A stretch of 32,144 bases of DNA from an uncultured Candidatus Saccharibacteria bacterium (lineage in GTDB: Bacteria > Patescibacteriota > Minisyncoccia > GWC2-36-17). Numbering within the stretch: the stretch's first letter is position 1; each line of letters starts with the position of its first letter. The notes below the pieces were generated by a model. That model did not search any database. It was not told the origin of the DNA and worked only from the letters and a program-made list of their open reading frames with translations. The DNA lies in the NCBI GenBank assembly GCA_964354925.1, contig CAYHBU010000001.1, positions 1-32,144 of the forward strand. Direction: 5' to 3'. Shown here in pieces: positions 9,198-17,081 of this stretch. A program made the position numbers and the translations under genes.

Positions 9198-9653
9198 ATG
9201 AAAAAATTACGTCTTTTAGCAAGGGTCGTAACCTACGATAAGAATATTAATAAAATCCTTCTTGTAAAAAATAAAGGGATGAGTTTTTGGTACGCTCCTG
9301 GTGGCGGTTGGGAATATGAAAATGAAAATATTTTAGAATGCGCAAAACGAGAAGTTCACGAAGAAACCGGCTTGCATGTGGACATCAAAAAAATGCTTTA
9401 CGTACAAGAATTTCATGATTCAGCTGAATCAATTTTATTTGAAACATTTTGGCTTGCTGAACTTAGCCACGAACAATCTTTAAATGAAAATCATATCGAT
9501 CTCGATCCGAATGGAAATGTTGAAACTGCTCAGTGGTTCAACAAAGAAGAATTGCAAGATCTCAAAGTTTTTCCAAAACGATTAAAAAATACCTTTTGGG
9601 ATAATATCGAATTAGTTATTAATGGAGAAGACCAATTTATTGGCGTAGACTAG
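9198..9653 (+). CDS. Nudix hydrolase (paralog A)
   Basis: Nudix box GGGWEYENENILECAKREVHEETGL. 141/151 aa are identical to ORF 21338-21793 by manual alignment. Confidence 0.85.
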   Translation: MKKLRLLARVVTYDKNINKILLVKNKGMSFWYAPGGGWEYENENILECAKREVHEETGLHVDIKKMLYVQEFHDSAESILFETFWLAELSHEQSLNENHIDLDPNGNVETAQWFNKEELQDLKVFPKRLKNTFWDNIELVINGEDQFIGVD

Positions 9654-9666
9654 CGACATAAAAATT

Positions 9667-10091
9667 ATGGACAAAAAACTTATAATACATACATTAATTT
9701 TCAATGATCAAAAACAAGTTCTCATCACTAAAAGATCGGAGGTTAATGACGTATTGCCTGGATATTGGGATATTCCTGGCGGATCCCTTGAAGATGGAGA
9801 AGATCCAATAACGGGAGCTATCCGAGAAACCAAAGAAGAATCTGGTCTTGATGTTAAAATTTAAGCTTGTTTTTTTATCACTCTAATGTCGATGCCACCA
9901 AAAACAAGCAATTCGTTACATTGGTTTTCTTGGCTGAGCACGCCTCGGGAGAAATAAAATTAAATCCGGAAGAACATAATGATTTTGCATGGATAAATAT
10001 ATCGGATGCCGCTAAATACCAAAAAGTGCATTATCTCCAAGATTGCCTTGATTTACTAAGCTCAAAAACTCACAATATTTTAAAATTTTAA
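9667..10091 (+). pseudogene. Nudix hydrolase interrupted by a 1-nt frameshift
   Basis: N-terminal half (9667-9864) carries the Nudix box GGSLEDGEDPITGAIRETKEESGL. The C-terminal half continues in another frame from 9858. The frames can only be joined within the A4T3 run at 9856-9862. Confidence 0.7.
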
Positions 10092-10192
10092 GGTATTTTA
10101 TTTAATAACTTCTCTCGACACACACGTAATCCGTTTTTGCCATCTTCAAATAATACTCAGAGTTTACGTTAAAAACAAAAATGGTAAAAAGT

Positions 10193-10222
10193 AAAAACCG
10201 ATTACTTATGTAATCGGTTTTT
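10193..10222. terminator. terminator hairpin downstream of the PRTase operon
   Basis: AAAAACCGATTAC-ttat-GTAATCGGTTTTT, a 13-bp stem. It overlaps the stop codon at 10206. Confidence 0.7.
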
Positions 10223-11096
10223 GTATCTTTATTAATACCCTCTTAAGGCAATCAACGTATCGCTCCCTACTATTAACCGGCAAAGACACCACCTTCCTAT
10301 CAATATCATTGCATCTTACAGATTTCTTAGACCTCCTTTCAATTGCTTCAAACAATCTTATTGTTTGATTGATGCAGAATTCTGATAGTGGCCCCTGCCA
10401 TTCCTTGGGTATTGATGCCCATTCTCCAGGATTACCAAAAGGCAATATGTATGGCGCGCCAATATTTTTTTTACCAACGACAGATCTGCCAGACAGAGGC
10501 ACGCCAGGATAAAAATCGCGCTCGCAAACCTCATCCACCACCGACTCATAGACACGAACGCAATTCACTTTATATCCCGCAGAATTCAATCTGCTAACCC
10601 CCTTCTCTATCCCGATACCCGCACATACGGCCACAACCCTTATTCCCAATTGAGACATCTTCTTGATTACTGTCTCAATGGCGTCGCCAGAAAAAATCAC
10701 ATCATCAACCAAGACAACTTCTTTCCCTGTCAATTCTTTTCGTAGTCTCCGTAGTTGAACATGGACACGAGGAGTCCCATGACGTTCCCTTGTTCCAGCA
10801 TCACTATTATTCATATCAACAAATCGAGTAATTTCAAAACTGTATTTTGACAAATAATACGCCCTATCTAGCGAAACTGGAATTAGCCCACTCTCTCCCA
10901 CGAAAACCTCAATACCTGCAACCATTTCTTGTTCTGGAATCATTTCAAAATTCGAAAATATTCTCTTAAAAAAAGTTGAGAAATCGCTTCTCAGAGATTG
11001 AAAAAAAACTTCTTCCGGCAACACAAAGCTTTTCTTTTCCGCCCAATGTCGCAACAACAAATGGATGTCTTCCGAAACAATGTATGGTCTTTTCAT
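10206..11096 (-). CDS. phosphoribosyltransferase-domain protein
   Basis: 296 aa with the PRPP-binding loop KEVVLVDDVIFSGDAIETV. I do not recognise the N- and C-terminal extensions. Strong SD (GAGGAG) 8 nt upstream of the ATG. Confidence 0.7.
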   Translation of the reverse strand: MKRPYIVSEDIHLLLRHWAEKKSFVLPEEVFFQSLRSDFSTFFKRIFSNFEMIPEQEMVAGIEVFVGESGLIPVSLDRAYYLSKYSFEITRFVDMNNSDAGTRERHGTPRVHVQLRRLRKELTGKEVVLVDDVIFSGDAIETVIKKMSQLGIRVVAVCAGIGIEKGVSRLNSAGYKVNCVRVYESVVDEVCERDFYPGVPLSGRSVVGKKNIGAPYILPFGNPGEWASIPKEWQGPLSEFCINQTIRLFEAIERRSKKSVRCNDIDRKVVSLPVNSRERYVDCLKRVLIKIQKPIT

Positions 11097-11145
11097 TTAA
11101 CACTCTCCTCGTATTTTATTGTTTTAAAAGATCAATGTCTTAACC

Positions 11146-11688
11146 CTATTTTCTTGCAAGACTAATAGCTTTTTTAACTGCCTTCCTGGAATCGTCAGTA
11201 GCAACAATCTTCAATCTCTTTCTTTGATCTATGTATGTTCCAGCAAGTTTATCGGACCAACCGCCAGTTTTAACAATCGCAACTATCGGAATATTTGATT
11301 GATATGCGATGGCAGCCTCCGTCAAAGTACCCGAGCCACCGGAAATAATAATTACAGCGTCGCAGGAATTTACCAAAACGAACTCTCTTCCACCGCCCCG
11401 CTCGAGACCCGTGCAAATTATTACATCCGTGTCACCATTTTTATCCCAAATGTCCTTGCTTTTTCCATAGGTAACGCCAATAGTGAGACCACCGGCACTC
11501 TTGGCTCCTCGCGAGGCGGCAGTGGACAAAGAATCATAATCTTTTTCAGCTCCATACACTGTAATATTGCCACTCTCCGCTATGAATCTCCCAACATCAA
11601 ATGCGATCTGTTCTATTTTTTTCGAATAATTAAGATCAGCTGCCGAACCCATTACTCCAATTTGAATTTTTCGAGATATTTTTATCAT
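11146..11688 (-). CDS. TIGR00725 / LOG-like (SLOG superfamily) protein
   Basis: IGVMGSA N-terminus and the LOG-type motif ISGGSGTLTEAAIA (PGGxGTxxE-like). I prefer the ATG at 11688, given the promoter at 11703-11731. Confidence 0.7.
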   Translation of the reverse strand: MIKISRKIQIGVMGSAADLNYSKKIEQIAFDVGRFIAESGNITVYGAEKDYDSLSTAASRGAKSAGGLTIGVTYGKSKDIWDKNGDTDVIICTGLERGGGREFVLVNSCDAVIIISGGSGTLTEAAIAYQSNIPIVAIVKTGGWSDKLAGTYIDQRKRLKIVATDDSRKAVKKAISLARK

Positions 11689-11702
11689 AATTATTATCAA
11701 AA

Positions 11703-11731
11703 AGTGTAATAAAAAAATATATGGCTGTCAA
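11703..11731 (-). promoter_or_regulatory. sigma70-like promoter of LOG-like/PRTase operon
   Basis: Minus strand TTGACA (11731-11726), 17-nt spacer, TACACT (11708-11703). The leader to the ATG at 11688 is very short. Confidence 0.5.
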
Positions 11732-11837
11732 TCATACATAACTTCATGCACACCTAAGCCCGTGTATAATATTTCGTAGATTAAACACTACATATGACAA
11801 CCTAATTGCAACACGATAAACGCGACAACCATAAAAT

Positions 11838-11872
11838 AAAAACCGAAAATCCAATTGGATTTTCGGTTTTTT
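11838..11872. terminator. terminator downstream of hisS
   Basis: Perfect palindrome AAAAACCGAAAATCCAA/TTGGATTTTCGGTTTTT, 6 nt beyond the hisS stop. Confidence 0.75.
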
Positions 11873-11877
11873 AGCTA

Positions 11878-13214
11878 CTATCCTTTTCTAATCAATTCCA
11901 TAACCTGCGACAAAGACAAACCATCAGAATCCTTGTTATTGCCTACATCTTTCAAGCTCACCTCTTTACCATCTGATGATGGAAAGACGATAAACTTTAT
12001 ATCTTTGCTGATTGCATATTTTATCTGCTCGCTTACCGATTTTTGACCAAGATAGACTTCTACGTCAACACCCTGATCTCTTAAGAAACCGGCTATACTA
12101 AACGAATAATCCGAGCAACCATCCTTAACGGCAACCAAGACTTCTGCGGTAGACTTCTTCCCATCCAAGAGGTTTAGCGCTTGAAGTGCCACTATCAATC
12201 GATCTAATCCGATTGAAGCGCCCACTCCTGGCAATTCTTTGTCGGTATAGAGGCTGGACAGATTATCAAACCGTCCCCCAGAACAAATACTTCCTATCCC
12301 TGGCAGATCATTCAGAATCGTTTCATAGACCGTACCAGTATAATAATCCAGTCCTCTGGCAATAGAAAGATCTATTTTGATATTTTCCTCTGGGATACCA
12401 AGCGACCTGGACTTTCCCAATATTTCTCTCAAGTTTGCTATGCCAATTTCTGCAAGTGGAACACCCGAGAACTCCTTAGCCAACCAATCAAGAACTTCAT
12501 CATTGCTACCATTCAAACCGACAAAGTATATAATCTTATTGATTGCAACCTCATCTTGGCCAATGACAGTCTCCAATTCTCTTTTCACTTCATCGACACC
12601 AACTTTATCTTTCTTATCAATTACTCTAAATATATGCACTGTCTTATCTTCACATTGAGCTGCTTCATCAACCCATTAAGAATCATTCTATTATTGATTC
12701 TTATTGTGAAAGAATCCAAGCCCAATGCCGTCAGTGCAGAAAATATAACCTGGACAACTTCCGCATCAGCAAGATTAGATCTAGTCCCTATCACATCAAA
12801 ATCACATTGATAGAATTCTCTATATCTGCCTCGCTGAGTATTTTCACCTCTCCAAACCGGAGCAATATGGTATCTTTTAAAGGGAAATGAAAGCTCATTG
12901 AAGTGTTGGGCCACAAATCGCGCCAAGGGCACAGTCAAGTCAAACCTAAGCGCAACATCCCTACCTCCATTATCTGTAAATCTGAATAACTGCTTATCAG
13001 TTTCTGTGCCGCCCTTGCCCAATAAAATCTCAGAATATTCAAGCGCTGGCGTATCAATAGGGACATAACCGAAAGATCTATAAACTCTTTCAATAACTTC
13101 CATCATACGCTTCCTGGGAATCATTACTTCTGGCAAAAAATCCCTGAAACCCTTTAATGTTCTTGGCTCGATAATTACCTTCTTTTTTACTTCATTTTGA
13201 TTGTCGTTTCCCAT
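11878..13214 (-). pseudogene. hisS: histidine--tRNA ligase, reading frame broken by a 1-nt deletion
   Basis: N-terminal ORF (12621-13232) has class II motifs (RGFRDFLP-like, FRFDLTVPLAR, YHIAPVWRGENTQRGRYREFYQCDFD). C-terminal ORF (11878-12639) has GLDYYTG, CSGGRFD, GASIGLDRL and an anticodon-binding domain. The frames join if one G is added at about 12651 (AATGTG-GAAGAT gives ..QLNVEDKTVHIF..). The likely start is the ATG at 13214, after GGAGG. Confidence 0.8.
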
Positions 13215-13221
13215 TTTTTTC

Positions 13222-13273
13222 TTGACCTCCACTATTTTATAGTTTATTATACGACGATACTACAAGTTATCAA
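13222..13273. promoter_or_regulatory. overlapping divergent promoters for hisG (+) and hisS (-)
   Basis: Plus strand: TTGACC (13222-13227), 17 nt, TATTAT (13245-13250). Minus strand: TTGATA (13273-13268), 16 nt, TATAAT (13251-13246). The two -10 boxes overlap. Confidence 0.5.
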
Positions 13274-13317
13274 AGAGCTTTACGTATCTTATATAAAAAT
13301 CGTCACCAAAAGTCAAC

Positions 13318-14187
13318 ATGAATATCAACAAAAATGACCTAAAAATAGTCATCCCCAATAAAGGGCGTCTATCAATAAAAACCATAGAATTATTGCAAAC
13401 AATAGGTCTTGAATTTGAAACTCAAGAACGCAGTCTTATGTCGCAGGTTAAAAATCTACCAATAACTATACTCTATGTACGCGCCAGCAACATACCTGAA
13501 TACGTGCAAGATGGGATTGCAGATTTGGGGGTTACGGGACTAGATCTTGCGAAAGAACAGGCGGCAAATATAGTAATATTGAAAAAACTTGGATATGGTA
13601 ATGCCGATCTAGTTGTTGCCGTTCCGGAAAAATCTAATATAAAAAAGGTGTCCGATTTAAAAAATAAAAATATTGTCACCTCTTATCCGCATTTAACTAA
13701 AAAATACCTACAATCTAAAAAAATAAAATCAAATGTGATTGAAGTCGATGGTGCCGTTGAGATAACACCATTTCTGGGACTAGCCGATGCCATAACAGAT
13801 CTCACATCAACTGGCACAACACTAAAAACCAACAAATTGATTCCCTTGGATACTATCTTAAAATCTGAGGCTATCTTAATAACAAATAATAAATCTCAAC
13901 AAGAAAAAGGGTCAGAAATTGATTCAATACTCACAAGACTAGATGCCGCCATAACAGCACAGAAGAAAGTATATATAATGATGAATGCTCCAGAAGAAAA
14001 ACTTGAGGAGATTAAAAAAATTACCCCTGGACTAAGCTCGCCAACAATAATGAAACTGGCGAAAGAAGGAATGGTGGCCATACATTCGGTGATTGATAAA
14101 AATGGGTCATGGGAAGTTGTAGAGAAATTAAAAAAAATCGGAGCTTCTGGCATTTTAATAATGCCAATCAATAAAATGCTAATGTAA
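13318..14187 (+). CDS. hisG: ATP phosphoribosyltransferase, long form with C-terminal regulatory domain
   Basis: 289 aa with LKIVIPNKGRL, ASNIPEYVQDGIADLGVTG and DLTSTGTTLK motifs, plus a HisG_C-like tail of about 75 aa. Confidence 0.85.
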   Translation: MNINKNDLKIVIPNKGRLSIKTIELLQTIGLEFETQERSLMSQVKNLPITILYVRASNIPEYVQDGIADLGVTGLDLAKEQAANIVILKKLGYGNADLVVAVPEKSNIKKVSDLKNKNIVTSYPHLTKKYLQSKKIKSNVIEVDGAVEITPFLGLADAITDLTSTGTTLKTNKLIPLDTILKSEAILITNNKSQQEKGSEIDSILTRLDAAITAQKKVYIMMNAPEEKLEEIKKITPGLSSPTIMKLAKEGMVAIHSVIDKNGSWEVVEKLKKIGASGILIMPINKMLM

Positions 14188-14194
14188 ATATAAA

Positions 14195-14225
14195 AAAATC
14201 GTACAGATAGTATCTGTACGATTTT
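14195..14225. terminator. bidirectional terminator after hisG
   Basis: AAAATCGTACAGAT-agt-ATCTGTACGATTTT, a 14-bp stem. Confidence 0.8.
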
Positions 14226-14233
14226 AGTTATTA

Positions 14234-14428
14234 CTACTGAACGCACTCATCAATCTCCAGGTCTCCTTTCAGTGTTTTACCAGACAGGATAGAGAGTGCT
14301 TCTTTTTTTCTTCCAGATTTCAGAAGATTCTCAAACCTCCTGAAATCCTTATCGCTTATACGATAATAGGCCACCTCTGGAAATGCATCGTGGATTTCGT
14401 GGGTCATAGACACCTTAACAATCCTCAT
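14234..14428 (-). CDS. small hypothetical protein (64 aa)
   Basis: ATG at 14428 is preceded by GGGGGTGATAATC (SD-like). Visibly more G+C than the surroundings. No recognisable motifs. Confidence 0.4.
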   Translation of the reverse strand: MRIVKVSMTHEIHDAFPEVAYYRISDKDFRRFENLLKSGRKKEALSILSGKTLKGDLEIDECVQ

Positions 14429-14484
14429 GATTATCACCCCCTATCTCATTTTAGATTCAGAACATCTTCTGCATCTTCCGACTT

Positions 14485-14986
14485 TTATCTGAACGGGCAT
14501 TTACCCTCATTATTTGTCAAGGTACCATTATGATATATATAGCCACACCTTAACAAATCAAATGTGGTTGTCAATGGTGTATATGTACGGTTAACATCAA
14601 AATACAACAAACATATTTCGCGGAACCATTTCCTAATCCCCAAAACTATCCTTAGCGGAAATTTTAATGTTTTTACTGGTGGTTTTGGATAACGGTCAAT
14701 CCTAAAAATCATGAGTACTATTTTTTTCCGTCTTTCTTATTCATAACACACCTTTAAAGTATGGGAAATTTAAATCTATTAAATATCTTCCTGATTGTAT
14801 GTTTTGACCAGATGCGATCTTTGAAATGGCAAGAGCGGTGATCGAGCTTGAAACCAATGATGTCATGCCAAGCTGGGGCACGCCAGCCAGAGTATCTCCC
14901 ACCTCCTTCAATGATAGCATCATTTTTTCACTAAAAAGATTTTTATCTAATATTTTTCTGGTGGCCTCGATCCATTTCGGGCTCAT
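14485..14986 (-). pseudogene. decayed partial copy of the E1-like / nitroreductase gene pair
   Basis: 14741-14986 encodes SPKWIEATRKILDK...ISKIASGQ, which is about 85% identical to the last ~73 aa of ORF 1227-2243. 14638-14712 encodes MIFRIDRYPKPPVKTLKFP, which corresponds to the last ~25 aa of ORF 163-1239. About 1 kb of the nitroreductase interior is missing. Confidence 0.8.
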
Positions 14987-15170
14987 ATGTTGATTAGAAA
15001 AGACGTCCTTGCAAAATTGAAAATATATTTTTAAAAAACATGCTTTTAATCCTTAAAAACTATTTCTGGGATTTTTTTGACGATCTGGCGGTTGGCTGGT
15101 CTTTAAATTTTCAAGATGCATTTGGTTTATTTTTTTTCTTAAATATATTTTAACTGATGCATAAATTTGA

Positions 15171-16415
15171 CTATTGCTTTTTATCAAAAGGATTCTTTTC
15201 GCCAATAGCTGATATGCAGAGATTATTCCTATTTAAATACTTATTTTTAACCTCTATAAAATCAACATATTTTAAACCCTTAATCTCCTCTATTAATTCT
15301 ACTGGCTTGATCAATTTATTATAAATTTTCCAACATTGACCCATGAAATTGAGATCTCCCCTAATATCGTTAATTCCCATTAATAAAGTATTTATTTGTT
15401 GTTCTTTTAATTCCTCAAAGATTGATTCAGCAAAATAATCCTCAAGTTTTTGAATTTTTCCAGATACTAAATCGATAACCTCTTTTGGGTGAGTTGTGGC
15501 TGTTCTAATATAAAATAAATTTGCATCACCATAATCATTATTACTCGCATGCACACCATAAACCAAGCCCTTTTCATGGCGTAAAATTTGATATAAAAAG
15601 GAACTTGTGCCATAAGCAAGATACGTAGCAATAACATCGAGGACAAGAGACTCTTTAAGTGTTGTTTTATGATTAACAAAGCTAAATGAAATAAAGGTCT
15701 GTTTTATCGGCGCTTTCCTAAAAAATAATCCGTTTTTTATTGCCGGAAATTCAATGTTCTGAGTTGTCTTACTTTTTATATTCCAGTTGTTAAAAAATTT
15801 ATTTATTAATTTTAATACTTTATCATGTTCAACGCCTCCAGAAACAATAATTGCAGATCTGTCGGTCGCAAAATATGTTCTATAATAATCCTTGATAGCA
15901 TCAACCGAAACAGAAGAAATTGATAATTCTGTACCCAAATTATTACGAGACAATGGATGTCCACTGAAAGCATTTTCTACAGAAAATCTCCAGATATGCT
16001 GAATATTATCATCATTCGATCTATATAATTCTTGTAAAATAACTTGTTTTTCATTTTCTAAAACAATAGGATCCATAATAGGATTTAAAATCATATCCGC
16101 CAATAATTCAAACATTTGTTCTAGATGATTTTTTGTTACTTGAATATAAAAACAAACTCTATCAATACTAGTTAATCCATCAGATTTAGCACCTATCCTA
16201 TCTTTTGTTTTTGAAAATTCTAAAATTGATGGATATTTTCGCGAACCCTTCAACATCATATGCTCAAGGAAATGAGCGTAACCTTGTTGATATTCGTTTC
16301 CGTAACGCCCCCCGGCCTTAATCCAAATAGAAATCAAAATAACATCCGAGTGAGGATTTTCACTCGTAATAATTTTAAGATTGTTTTTTAATATTGATTC
16401 TTTATAAATATTCAT
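15171..16415 (-). CDS. M16 (pitrilysin) family zinc peptidase
   Basis: Inverted zinc motif HFLEHMMLKG (HxxEH). I prefer the ATG at 16415, 4 nt after the toxin stop; the track start at 16442 would overlap the toxin gene. Confidence 0.85.
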   Translation of the reverse strand: MNIYKESILKNNLKIITSENPHSDVILISIWIKAGGRYGNEYQQGYAHFLEHMMLKGSRKYPSILEFSKTKDRIGAKSDGLTSIDRVCFYIQVTKNHLEQMFELLADMILNPIMDPIVLENEKQVILQELYRSNDDNIQHIWRFSVENAFSGHPLSRNNLGTELSISSVSVDAIKDYYRTYFATDRSAIIVSGGVEHDKVLKLINKFFNNWNIKSKTTQNIEFPAIKNGLFFRKAPIKQTFISFSFVNHKTTLKESLVLDVIATYLAYGTSSFLYQILRHEKGLVYGVHASNNDYGDANLFYIRTATTHPKEVIDLVSGKIQKLEDYFAESIFEELKEQQINTLLMGINDIRGDLNFMGQCWKIYNKLIKPVELIEEIKGLKYVDFIEVKNKYLNRNNLCISAIGEKNPFDKKQ

Positions 16416-16419
16416 AATT

Positions 16420-16680
16420 CTACTTATAAACGTCATGATCACCTATTGCAAGCAATACAACCTCCTTGCTGGAGAGATAGTCAAAAATAATTCTCGTTCT
16501 ATAATTTACAGAAAAACTTAATCTATTCTTCAGCCTTCCTTTTAATTTATGAACTTTAAGCTGCTTATGATTCTTTTCGCCCTTGAATAATTCTATCTTT
16601 TCTATAGATTCTTCTTGTAATTCTGGTTCTAAAGAATTAAGTTGTTTTATAAAAGTTGGTGTATATGAAACTTCTATCAT
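16420..16680 (-). CDS. type II toxin, RelE/ParE superfamily
   Basis: 86 aa ending KVHKLKGRLKNRLSFSVNYRTRIIFDY...VVLLAIGDHDVYK, typical of RelE/YafQ-like toxins. It starts 2 nt after the antitoxin ORF. Confidence 0.7.
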   Translation of the reverse strand: MIEVSYTPTFIKQLNSLEPELQEESIEKIELFKGEKNHKQLKVHKLKGRLKNRLSFSVNYRTRIIFDYLSSKEVVLLAIGDHDVYK

Positions 16681-16682
16681 AA

Positions 16683-16904
16683 TTAAGAAAGTTTTTTCAT
16701 TAACTTTCTAATATCACCCCTTAAAACCTTCCCATCTCTTACTTCCTGCTCTGATTTTAAAATGGCTGATACGGCATTTTCCTCAGCAAGAAAACGCAAA
16801 GCCATACGTACGGCCTCCGCCTTATTTGCAACAATTTTTTGTTTCACCAATCCTTCTACAAAAGCCTCCTGGTCTCGCGATAATGGTATTGATAATGTAG
16901 ACAT
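16683..16904 (-). CDS. type II antitoxin, ribbon-helix-helix (ParD/CopG-like)
   Basis: 73 aa. N-terminal MSTLSIPLSRDQEAFVEGLV fits an RHH strand-helix. Positioned immediately upstream of the toxin. Confidence 0.65.
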   Translation of the reverse strand: MSTLSIPLSRDQEAFVEGLVKQKIVANKAEAVRMALRFLAEENAVSAILKSEQEVRDGKVLRGDIRKLMKKLS

Positions 16905-16925
16905 ATATATTTATATTAAATTATA

Positions 16926-16963
16926 ATATGATATTATCATATCACTTTTAATTAGTTTGTCAA
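16926..16963 (-). promoter_or_regulatory. toxin-antitoxin promoter with palindromic operator
   Basis: Minus strand TTGACA (16963-16958), 16 nt, TATGAT (16941-16936). A 17-nt perfect palindrome ATATGATA-T-TATCATAT (16926-16942) overlaps the -10 box. Confidence 0.55.
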
Positions 16964-17049
16964 TTTAAGGACTTGTAATACAAGATGTGCCCTGAACGAA
17001 GGTCATTCCCGATGCAAAGCTCACAAGAATTAATTTGTCGCCCAAACAC

Positions 17050-17076
17050 AAAAAGACGGCTCATTGAGCCGTCTTT
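17050..17076. terminator. terminator after the Hsp70-family gene (second copy of the 5099-5127 hairpin)
   Basis: AAAAAGACGGCTC-att-GAGCCGTCTTT, 5 nt beyond the stop at 17082. Read on the minus strand it is followed by UUUUUG. Confidence 0.75.
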
Positions 17077-17081
17077 AGATA

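Noticed and set aside
9853-9866. Programmed -1 ribosomal frameshift joining the two Nudix halves
   Set aside because: There is no X-XXY-YYZ heptamer in the incoming frame (GTT AAA ATT TAA) and no obvious downstream stimulatory structure. A homopolymer indel is simpler.
11763-11873. Possible ~95-nt plus-strand sRNA: TGTATAAT-like -10 at about 11763-11770, ending at the 11838-11872 hairpin
   Set aside because: The -35 box is poor (TTCATG). The hairpin is fully explained as the hisS terminator, and the region must also hold the minus-strand LOG-like promoter. There is no independent support.
16975-17049. Slightly G+C-richer stretch with a 33-codon ATG ORF between the TA promoter and the Hsp70 terminator
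   Set aside because: No SD, no recognisable motif, and it runs through the terminator hairpin. It is probably non-coding or a degraded remnant.
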